The notes beneath the pieces are model-generated. The model did no database searches and was not told the origin of the DNA. It saw only the letters and a list, made by a program, of their open reading frames with translations. Below are positions 13,701 to 25,700 of a stretch of 40,373 nt of DNA, one piece after another. A program made the position numbers and the translations under genes. Numbering within the stretch: the stretch's first letter is position 1; each line of letters starts with the position of its first letter. The DNA comes from Tubiluchus corallicola (lineage: Eukaryota > Animalia > Priapulida), in NCBI GenBank assembly GCA_030141605.1, contig JAQGDQ010001454.1, positions 1 through 40,373 of the forward strand. The letters are read 5' to 3'.

Positions 13701-16700
13701 TTGTAAGTGTTGCGTCTTTACCTGTGCTGTTGTAAGTGTTGCGTCTTTACCTGTGCTGTTGTAAGTGTTGTGTCTTTACTTCTACTGTTGTAAGTGTTGC
13801 GTCTTTACCTGTGCTGTTGTAAGTGTTGCGTCTTTACCTGTGCTGTTGTAAGTGTTGCGTCTTTACCTGTGCTGTTGTGAGTGTTCCATCTTTACCTGTG
13901 CTGTTGTAAGTGTTGCGTCTTTACCTGTGCTGTTGTAAGTGTTGTGTCTTTACCTGTGCTGTTGTAAGTGTTGCGTCTTTAGCTGTGCTGTTGTAAGTGC
14001 AAGTCGCTAAATAGTCGTTAGCGCCAATGTTGTCTGTTAAATGAGAGACGGTGAATAAATCTCGTCTTTGTCTTGAGAATGATGATGGGATTTTTCTTGG
14101 GCACTTACCAGTGTCATGGAAACAGTCAATGCAAATTTGAATTAATACATCATCTTAGAACATCTGCCATTGCATTATCTCTTAGACAGAACCTCATGCA
14201 CCATCGTTTCGTTTAGCGACATTTCGTTTTAATGACACCGAGCATTTGACACCTTTTTCTCACTTAACGACGCCATGTTTCATTTTAACGACGACGTTTT
14301 TATTTTATCAACAATTTTGTTTACCTAATTTAAAGCCCTAAAGTGGTACAAATTGCATTATTTTCTTCGAAGAGCGCATTAGTAACCTAAACAGTGCAAT
14401 TATTATAAGGTTTTTGCTTCCCGGCTGACTATGTACTAAATTCTAGCTGTCTATATCAAGCGAGATCTATTTGCTGATTTATACGCCTCCAGGCACCCGA
14501 GTTTAAAATTTATGCCTAGGATTTTGTCTGCATCTTGTTGCTATAACAACCATATTAGTACTACCTGAAATTGTCTCAAGGTCACTTCATCCAGGGTTTG
14601 GCTTTCACTACCAGTGTTTAATTGCTAATTGCCTATACATAGGCTTTAAGAGACCGCTTGCTAAGTCTAGCTAGATAGTGATAAGAAAGATAGGTGGTTT
14701 CAAGGCAAACAGAACGAAATTAATCAGTAGAAATATGAATAAAACCCATTAAACGTTTAATGTAGATGATTTAAGCAGCGTTGATTTTTACTTCTGGAAC
14801 GTATCTTCATATTACTTTCTGTAGAAGTCTTGGTTTCATTTAGCGACGTTTCGCTGGATAGCATTAGCGTCATTAAGCGAGGACTTTTAACATCTGTTGT
14901 GAACACCGTTCATGTTTCCACTGTCCATTTATGTGTAGGACAGGGAGTACGAGACTTTTCTGCAGCCCTCTGGCACAGTTTTTTAAGTCCTTTACAAGTC
15001 TCTCTTTGCTTGTTGTACCTCCACAGTTTTGTAACCAAAGTGCATATTTTTACACGGGTGAGCAATTTTGGACTAACTAAAGGGTATTCATAATGCCCTA
15101 AACTGGGAGTATTCAAAAGTAAAGTATTCGTTTGTAGTAAATGTGGCTACCTATAGACCAAGTTTTTATGTCGGGTTTCTTAGCTGTGGAATTCTTTGCC
15201 AGAAAATGGTTTCCCTGTTTACAACAAACGCTATTTGTACTTGTCCAGTAAATGTAGCTGCTTACTAATCCATTTTTTCATTGGGTTTCTTTTCTGTGGA
15301 ATTCCTTACTAGTAAATGGTCTCCATGTTAACCAAAAGTTCTCTTACTTTAAGAAGATTGTGAATAAGCACCTCCAGTCACTAGTAAATTAGTTACAAGA
15401 TTTTACTTTTGGATATGTGTCCCCTCCCCTTTTTACTTTGGCCCTTGAACTAAGTAGCTATTGTCCTTCTCTGGGGTGGTTTGCATAAAAAACGGTCATT
15501 GCTCTATGCAAAGCAACTGTTTCTCGAACACTTACATCGTATTCTTGTCTCTGGCACTTCTGCTCCAAGTCGTATCTGTCTGTCTCCAATTTGATGATCC
15601 TGGCAGAAAAACGTTTACATTTTTTTAACACTTTACAAAGAGTTTGTCATAAGAGTCATAATACATCACAAAAAACTGGTTTGACCATGACGATTGTGAG
15701 AATTTTACATGGTTTACACGAAACACCATTCTTAAAAATCACAGCAAATTTACAAAAAAGCACAGCAAACGAACAAAAAATGTAAAAACAACCACAAGTC
15801 GAAGTGACACGGCAATCAAAAGCGATGAATAAAGATGAATTAGACTAGAATGTGTAAAAGCTATTCTATTGTCCTAATTCTGTTTCGCCATTATCTTCTA
15901 ACTAGCTATTATAGACTGTCTGGTCTATTACTGCTCTAATCTCTATGACGCTGGCGCTATTACTGCACTAAAGTCTATGACGCTGGCTCTATTACTGTTC
16001 TAAAGTCTATGACGCTGACTCTATTACGTTGTGCAATCCAAAGTGCTTCTAACCTACTTTAGATGCTCTTCAAGGTCGTCTAACACAGCTGTGTTGTTCC
16101 TCGACTTCTTGTCTAACCTATCAATTCCTCTGCTAACAAACCTAGAAAGTCTGGGTGACGAAGAAAGGAAAATAGTGGTGAAGAATTGTAATAAAAGTGA
16201 GACAGCGAGGAAAGTGCCTCTTTTGCATGCACTGCACAGAAAGGGCATGCCACATCACTGCATCTAAACCACAGCTTACAGAGTACCTCAGCTTTCACTT
16301 TGTTATTGCACCGAGCTGAGGGTACCATTAAGCATTCAATGGTCTTTTATCAATTATCGGCTGGGTCTTTGCAAAATTTGTGCGCCATTTCTAAAGAAGA
16401 CTTCTTCAGTGCTTCCTTCTTAACCATAAACTGGACTGAAAGTATAGTGTTCGTTTTCACAGTCATGCAAGTTCAGTTATAGAGTTCGATTTGCCCTATT
16501 TGCGTCTTCTACAATAGATGGCAGCACACATTTACAGATGTGTTGCCACCTATTAGCGGAAGATCGCATTTAGTATTTCTTCACATTGTTGTCTACTGAT
16601 GCTAAAAGGCAATAAGCTTAAGAATTCACTGCATGCATTATAAACCACTTTGGAGAAGTCTCCTCAGAGAGGGCAGTTCTTGCCAAATTTAGGGGGCTGC

Positions 16701-19700
16701 AAAGACCCAGGCTTACTTTTGATGGAGTTCCTGCGCTTTTTCCTTTAACCGGGACATATCCCAACCAGAAACGTTGCACGGCTTAACCCTTTGCTTCAAA
16801 TACGCCTGTTTCTCCTCCTCCAGCATCTCTTTGGTCTTTTTGCCTCCAATCTAACAACAACAATAATAGCACAATGTGAAACAGCACAGCATGACAAATG
16901 GCAGACTGACCTTGAGTGAAGCTCTTGGGCCTTCTCCTTCAGGCGGGACATGTCCCACCCAGACACATTGCACGGTTTCACTCGCTTCTTGAGGTAACCC
17001 TGCTTCTCCTCTTCTAGTTGCTCCTTGGTTTTCTTGAAGCCTGCTTGAAACTGAACACAGACTCGTACAGAAATGCAGAATTTAGACAACCATTGTCAAC
17101 TGTCTGCTTACCAAACACATAGATTAATATATCCAGGGCCTATTTCAGCCTAGGCGAGGCCCGGGGAAGTGGGGCATATGAGGCCCCATCGGGGGTGGAG
17201 GGCTACCATGTTTGGCGAACAGAAAATTTTTGAACTGCTAGAACGTTGGAGAAGCATTTTCGAAGAGAAAATATGGAGTTATACAGTTGTTAAAGGAAAG
17301 AACAATTGAAAGAAAAACTGTTTTATTCTCAAGACCAGTCCTTAATGCTTGTCAATACTGGCAAACAGTGCGGCAAGAGAGAGAGAAAGAGAGGGAGAGA
17401 GGAGGCAGTATGTTCGCATAAAGCAAAAAAAAGTTACCTTGGCGCGAGGCCCCCCTGGAGGGTGAGGCCCCGGGGAAGTATCCCCCCTTGAAATAGGCCC
17501 TGAATATATCATCCAAAGATACTACCAAGAAAATCATTACCCCTCCTGAAACTCTACATTTGTACAAGCATTCACAGTACTAAATCATCCATATTTGACA
17601 AATAAATGTAACTACATCAAAATGGAATTTATTGCCGACCGGTTTCGAACAAACGGTTCATTATCAAGGCATCTAAAACAAAGAAATTTGTAAGAATTTA
17701 GAAACAACATCGAATTACAATTCAGTAGTTAGATAGTCAAAAGATATATGATATGACATTATATAGACAATTTAACAATTTATCTTACAGATTACATATC
17801 TTGGTATTATATCTCTATATGATATAACATTATATAGATAATTCAGCAACAAAATGGCAGGTCCATAATATTGACTGTTCTGTTACTATTAACATGTTTG
17901 TTTGTGGAGTGTAGCATTGTACTGGGAATCTTGCATTAGCGTACTTTGCAGCCTGCGCTTGTTGTCGGCTTTGGCCACCTTGTGGCGATTTTTGGCCTTA
18001 TCACATGATCAATTGAATCTGGGTCAGAGGCCTACTGTGAAGTGAAGACGTGTCATGATAAGTTTACAAGATATTGTCATTATCTGTTTACAATTGCTCA
18101 TGATTTGGGGTTAATAACGTATGTATATCCTCTAATTACTTTAAAAAGCTTAAATTTAGTTTAAAATAACAGCTATGTATTAATTAATACGACAGTGCAG
18201 TGTCTTAATTACGTAAAATTGACTTTCGGCTATTGTTATTTTTTTATTATTTCTTTATTTGTTATTTTTTGGCACTAATTTCTTATTATGTTTAGATGGA
18301 GTGACATGTTTTGGGGAAGAAAGAGCAAAAGTTAATCGAGACTTCGAATATCTATTTGGTTTTTGTGAAAGCCCAAACAAACATAGTTTCTCACTAATCA
18401 AGATACGTAATCTGTAAGGTAAATTGTTAAATTACCTACATAATGTCATATCATATGTCTGTTTGCTATCTAACTACTGAATAGTATTTCGATGTTGTTT
18501 CTAAATTCTTATAAATTTCTTTGTTTTAGATGCCTTGATAATGAACAGTTTGTTCGAAACCGGTCGGCAATAAATTCCATTTTCATGCATTCACTATCCT
18601 AAAAGAAACAGCTTTATTAAAAACTTTAAAACATGTGTAACGTGTCGAGGGCTTTGGCATCCCTAATTTTTATGTAATGGTGAAAGTCATACGCTGAAAA
18701 ATGGCTTCATCTGCTATTTTGAAAGGCTGTTTAGTTCGATGCAAAAAAACAAGATTCAAATAAATTTCAAAGCTATATTGTAAAAGAAAACAGTAAAACA
18801 ACAATTCAACAACAAGAGTTCAAAATTACAGTGTTCCCTCACTTATCACGGGTGTTCCGTTCCAGGCCCACCTGCGATAAGTGAATTTCCACGAAGTAGG
18901 GGCGCTATATTTATTTTAGTAGTTATACATTATTTTAAGTCTTTATAAACCCTCCTTTAAAAAGAATTAATATTTTTAATATATTTTTGTACATTTTGTG
19001 ATTTTTTTATGTAAAATTCATCAAATCTATACTTTACTGTACAAAACGTACTACGCATGTGCAAAAATACTTTAGACGGAGTACCGCAAAAACCCGCGAA
19101 ACAGCGAAAATACTGCGATAAATATTTTACATTAATATTTGTGAAAACCTGCGGAACAGCGAGTCCGCGATAAACGAACCGCGAAGTAGCGAGGGAAGAC
19201 TGTACTATGAAAAGACCCAAGGAAGACGAGGATAGGAAAAATGAATGTGCATAATTTATCTAAATGTTCATGACGATGTTGTGCACAACTTGACGATTCT
19301 CCTCTCAGAATGACAACGCCGACGTCGGCTCTCACTATGACAATGGCAGTGATGGTAACACGATGATCCTCCATCCAACATAACAACCCAGGTAACTAGA
19401 GCTAATCAACAGCTTCCACCAACCCTCTTCTAGTCTACAACAGCTGAGTGGAATGGAATAACTTCACACTTCTGTGGTTTGACCAGCTCTTCAAAATGTG
19501 TAACAGTATCGAGACTGAGAAGTAACAGGCTATACAACTTTTGGAACACTGGCCTTTTCATCATCAACAACTGGTATCTGAGCGTTCATAGTAAACAAAT
19601 TACATCACACATTTCCAGAAAAATACTTAACTACAGATATGCTGGACCATGTCCACTGGCTTGTCCAGCAACGAACGTCTGAACCAGTGAAAGTTATCAA

Positions 19701-22700
19701 CTCTACTGTCCGAAACGGGTATTGCTTTTTCTGCATAGGTAAACGTAGCACTCTAACGGGTAGGTAAAAACCATTTCAAGTCACAGGGGTGAGGAGATGA
19801 TGAAATGAAAGAGCACATACAGCAATGCAAGTCAGGCAAGCCATTTACTATCAAAATTAGCAACACGCACCACACAATATGAAACACTAAAAACGTATCA
19901 AACGTTTTTGACTGCTGAGTCTAGAAGTCATCTTCAGTGTGATAGCATACACAAACACCAACCAGTTTTAATGGCAAACCCTACAGTAACAATTAATGAA
20001 CATCATGTACTGTAGGCTTTGCCTATACAACTGGTAGCTGTTTGTGTATGCTATCACACTGAAGATGACTGCTAGACTTTTGGCATGTTTTTATTATTTT
20101 ATGTTTTAATGTTTTAATAAGTCTGTTTCTTTCAGTAATATTCTTTATGTTTCTTTAGACCTTTTACTTGCTTTGTTCCCCCTGTTTAGAACATTGCTGA
20201 GAATTGTTGAGCAGAAGGACTGTAATGTTAGAGATACCTTTATTGGGACGCGACATTTGTAAGGTAAAGGTTAATGAGAAGCGAACTGATCAGCAGACGC
20301 CCTTCATGTAGTGTCCTAGAAAGTGGAGTCGGATATTCTTGGAAAAAATACAGTTAGAATCGATGCAAATGGGGCAAACAAAAACTTGAAGAAGCTACGT
20401 CATGTTAGAGATCTATCAATTACGGCAAAGATCTGCCTATTACATTAAAAATGTATTTGCAGAAATAACGCTGCTGAATACTTTTACCTTTTTGACTGGT
20501 TCTTCGCCCTCGCGCTTTGTGATGACATAGTTTGGTGAAATTTGCACGTCCGTTTGTCCGGTGGCGCCCATTAGTTCCATGCGGCGACGTTCAGCTTCCG
20601 CTTTTCTTCTTGCCTTCTCTTCCTCTCTGCGCTTTTTTATCTCTTCCTAAAAATGATGGTGGAGAATCAGGGTCACAATCATCTACTACAGACGCCGGTT
20701 TTTCTGTCACCTATAGGAAATGTTGGCAGACATAGTCTACTTCAAACAGCTAACGCAAGTATCTCATACAGTATTTCCTCGCTTAACGACTCCCCGTTTA
20801 GCGACGTTTCGTCTTAATGACACTGAGCATTTGACACATTTTTCTCACTTAACGACGCCACGTTTCATTTTAACGACGACTTTTATTTTATCAACAATTT
20901 TGTTTACCTAATTTAAAGTACTAAAGTGGCAAAAATTACATGATTTTGTTCTAAAAACGCCGTAGTAACCTAAACAGTGCAGTTATTGTAATTATTTTGC
21001 TACCTGACTGACTAAGTACTATTTTCTAGCCATTTGTATCAAGCGAGATCTATTATGCCAAACCTCCTCAATCTGTCTCTGTTCCTCCATGGCACGCCTC
21101 TGCTCCGCCAAACGCGCCTCCTCTTCCGCTCTTTCTTTACGACGTTGTGCTTGACGCTCCTTCAGGTGACGCAGTTCTTCTTCTTCTTTTTCACGCTCGA
21201 TCTCTCTCAGTTGCTGATATTCTGCCCATCTTGCCTCGTCTTCTTCCTTCTTTTTGCGACGGGCTGCTTCCATCGCTCGCTCGGCCTCCGTCATCTGCTT
21301 CTGCGGTGCCTCTTCTTCTCTTTCTTCTCTTTGCACATGTCTACAATAGAAACCTATGAGCTACAAAACTTTTGTTATTATTGTTCTTGTTGATGCTGAT
21401 GGTGTTGCTGTGCTGCTGCTGCTGTTGTTACTTCTGCTACTATGGCTGTGGCTGCTGTCTTCTTCTTGCTGATGCTACTGTGACTGTGGCTGTGGCTGTG
21501 GCTATTGTTGCTGACGTTTTTTTATATGTCTTACCACAAAATGATAATAAAAATATAAAAAACTACAAACTACATGAACATCACAATAAACCTTTTCACA
21601 GTTTTAGCGATTGATGATGATCGTGAATACGTCAGAGGTTAAGTGTACCAAATAATGCATTTGTGTACGCTTGACAAATGCCTCGCAGCCCATGCTGTTA
21701 TAATAGTAACAGCTAGCTAGAATCTTACCTAGTTCATTTTTTCGTGTTCCCAAGCAAAATCCTGTTAGTAAATCACTCTACGCACGGACTATTGCGTAAT
21801 TAGATAAAGTAGACGTAAAAAAACTGAAGTCACTGAACTGATGCGGCAGACGGCGTTGCGTTACCCACACGTCACGTGACGGTTGTAGTTAAGACGCGTT
21901 GCCGTGGTGCACTTAACCTTTGACCTACAGCAAATGCGCGTGCGCACAGGCTTATCGTTGTTGGTCTTGATATTGATAAACACCCATCATTACTAATTGA
22001 TCTAGCTAGTGATTTTTGAGTGACGGCTAGTATGAGCACCTAATAAACTAAACAACGCATTCTAGGTCGGTCTTTTTAAAGAACACCAAACCTTCAATGA
22101 ACTCTTTGATATAATACAAGCTTAAATGCTGCAGTAATTGTATTGAAACAAAATTCTGGTGTTCATAGATGTTTTGTGGCGGCCATCTTTGTTGTTTTAC
22201 TGTTTTTGTAACGCACTAAATGTTTTTCAAATAAAGTAGTAAATCACACAACGCACAGACTGATACGTTGTTGTTAAGACGCATTGCGGTGGTACACTTA
22301 ACCATTGATCTAGAGCAACTGCGCATGCGCACAGCGAAACTGTGAAAAGCTTTACTGAAAAACTATGTCCAGGAAACGAAGCAGAGAGCTGGGTAAAGAG
22401 ACGGCGACTGAAGAAGACAGTGGAAAATGTTAGAAGCTGGGACATTGAAAGAGCTGCAGAATGATGGACGGAGGAGGAGAAAGAAAGAAAGAAAGAAAGA
22501 AAGAAGGAGAAAGAAAGATGAATAAAAAGAATGGAAAGAGAATAAGATAGAGTGAGGAGACAGGCAGAAAGGCAGACAAGCAGAGTGAGGACAAAACCAA
22601 AAACACAAAAAAAAAGAAAGAAGAAAGATGAATAAAAAGAATGGAAAGAGAATAAGATAGAGTGAGGAGACAGGCAGAAAGGCAGACAAGCAGAGTGAGG

Positions 22701-25700
22701 GACATTCAAAGAGCTGCAGAATGATGGATGGCACGGAAGAGGAGAAAGAAAGAAAGAAGGAGAAAGAAAGATGAATAAAAAGAACGGAAAGAGAATAAGA
22801 TAGAGTGAGGAGACAGGCAGAAAGGCAGACAAGCAGAGTGAGGGACATTCAAAGAGCTGCAGAATGATGGATGGCACGGAAGAGGAGAAAGAAAGAAAGA
22901 AGGAGAAAGAAAGATGAATAAAAAGAACGGAAAGAGAATAAGATAGAGTGAGGAGACAGGCAGAAAGGCAGACAAGCAGAGTGAGGGACATTCAAAGAGC
23001 TGCAGAATGATGGATGGCACGGAAGAGGAGAAAGAAAGAAAGAAGGAGAAAGAAAGATGAATAAAAAGAACGGAAAGAGAATAAGATAGAGTGAGGAGAC
23101 AGGCAGAAAGGCAGACAAGCAGAGTGAGGGACATTCAAAGAGCTGCAGAATGATGGATGGCACGGAAGAGGAGAAAGAAAGAAAGAAGGAGAAAGAAAGA
23201 TGAATAAAAAGAACGGAAAGAGAATAAGATAGAGTGAGGAGACAGGCAGAAAGGCAGACAAGCAGAGTGAGGGACATTCAAAGAGCTGCAGAATGATGGA
23301 TGGCACGGAAGAGGAGAAAGAAAGAAAGAAGGAGAAAAAAAGATGAATAAAAGGTAGTGAAACGGAAAGAGAATAAGATAGAGTGAGCAGACAGGCAGAA
23401 AGACAGACAAGCAGAGGGAGGGACATTGAAAGAGCTGCAGAATGATGGATGGCACAGAAGATGAGAAAGAAAGAAAGGAGAATGAAAGACGAATAAAAGG
23501 TAGTGAAACGGAAAGAGAATGAGATAGAGTGAGGAGACAGGCAGAAAAAGAGAGGATGCGGAGAAAGATGCTAAAATTTCCCCTCACTCACAGCATCATA
23601 CACAACTATGCAGCTTCTTTAACTAGTGATACAATACTTACTTTAGTTGTGCTGCTTCCTGCTTTGGTTTTTCTCTAAATAAAACACCAAAAAAATCAAT
23701 AATGAGTCGTTAATCGTTTTCAGATTGTCGTGAAAACACTAGCGACACCTTCAGTTAAAATTATTAGTTAAAAACATGGCGTCCACCAGAAATGTTAGCA
23801 GGATCACGTGTAATATGTCTCTGGCAACAGTCTTCAAGTTATAGTGAAAACACTAGTGACACCTTCAGTCAAAATTAGCAGTGAAAAACATGGCACCCAT
23901 TTGAACTGTGACAGTTAATGGTAACAGACTAATAAATTAACAGTCTACACATTATAGTGAAAATACTAGTGACACTTCAGTCAAAATTATCACTTAAAAA
24001 CATGGCGTCCGTCTGAAAAACAAGACGACAATGTTGACAAAATTCTCAGTCTTAAAACACACATGAACTGAAAGTTAATAGGATCATGTGTGTTTTAAGC
24101 CTGAGAATTTTGTCAACAGTGTCTTCGTGTTTTCCATGATTTCAACAACGATTCCTCCCACATATGGATAATCGTAATTAGGACTAGTTGCGTCATCTGG
24201 TGGTATTTTGGTTTGTTATGAACACCGTCAGTAGAAATCTTCTTTTAGTCTGACAGTGTACAATGTGCGTTAGTAATTTTTGCAACCCGCATTTATTAAA
24301 CTTCCAAAACCAAACATGTCTTCGTCAATTAATGATAATCTTTAAATTTATGTTTCACATAGTTTAGCATAAATTTAAGCTTTGAAATAAAAATGAAGTT
24401 GTTAGAACAGCTTCGATTGGCTGTCAAGATATCACGTGACTACATCTTCGAAAAAGAGCGTGATTATCTCTTCACTACGTAGCAACAAACAGATTTTAGT
24501 AAACTATAAAAAACGTTAGACCTATATAAGCCTTATAAAATGATTATACAGTAAGTCCTCGCTTAACGACGCTAATACGTTACAGCAGATGTCGTTAAAT
24601 GAAACCAAGACTTCCATACAAAGTAACGTAAGAGAATTGAGATACATTTCAGAGGCAAAAATAATGCTGCTTAAATCATATACACCAAACGTTGATATTT
24701 CTGCTGATCAGTTTCTTTCTGTTTGCTTGAAACCACCTATCCTTCTTTCCAATGTGTAGCTAGACTTGCTAGTGGTCTCTTGAAGCCTGTATATAGACAG
24801 TTAGCAGTTAAAACATCGTCGTTAAAATGAGGCGTGCGTCATTAAGTGAGAAAAAGTGTCAAATGTTCTGCGTCGTTAAAACGAAACGTCATTAAACGAG
24901 GACTTACTGTACAATATAAATACGCATAACTTTGAGGGTTTATCCACGGGTGCCATTTTACCCCGGGATACCCTAACTATTGACAGATAAAGATGTGTAT
25001 TTTCTAGTAACATGCTTTGCACATATACAATGGGTTAAAGTAAAAATATATGAAATCGAAGAAACTACTTACTCAGCCACTGGAGCGGGCTTGGGACTGA
25101 AATAAAACAAGAGACACATACACATAGAGCGTGTTGTAACATGCCAAGAATACCGGGTGTCCCAAAATTGCTGTTCCTAGTTACAAAAACACTGTCTGTC
25201 TTGTGTAATTTTCTAATTCAGGCTGTTTTTACTTACGAGTTTGTATGAAAAAGCATTTATACTTGTAATATTATACGAATCCACGTAAAAAAGTCACAGG
25301 TAAGAAAGTCACTGGTAAAAAAGTCACTGAAGAAGAGTCACAGAAAAGTTACAGGAAAAAAGTCACCGGTAAAAAGTCACAGGTAAAAAGTCACAGGTAA
25401 AAAAGTCACAAAAGAAGAGTCACAGAAAAGTTACAGGAAAAAGTCGCAGGTAAAAAAGTCACAGAAAAGTTACAGGAAAAAAAATCACAGGAAAAAAGTC
25501 ACAGGTAAAAAAACTCACAGGTAAAAAGTCGCAGGCAAAAAAGTCATAGGAAAAAAGTCACAGGTAAAAAGTCACAGGCAAAAAAGTCACAGAAGAAGAG
25601 TCGCAGAAAAGTTACAGGAAAAAAGTCACAGGAAAAGAGTCACGGGTAAAAAAGTCACAGAGGAAGAGTCGCAGAAAAGTTACAGAAAAAAAGTCACAGG

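Larger units (their letters stand above)
17619..18583. mobile_element. Penelope-like retroelement remnant with inverted arms of about 185 bp (17619-17803 / 18399-18583)
   Basis: The arms are near-perfect reverse complements; each ends in a minimal hammerhead followed by AATAAA. Confidence 0.75.

Noticed and set aside
17112-17545. A third alternative exon upstream of 8a (donor-like G|GTAAGC at 17111)
   Set aside because: After removing the hAT MITE the sequence has an immediate stop and no similarity to exons 8a/8b.
22227-23587. Overlapping hydrophobic ORFs that look like membrane proteins
   Set aside because: Reverse strand of the 143-bp purine-rich minisatellite.
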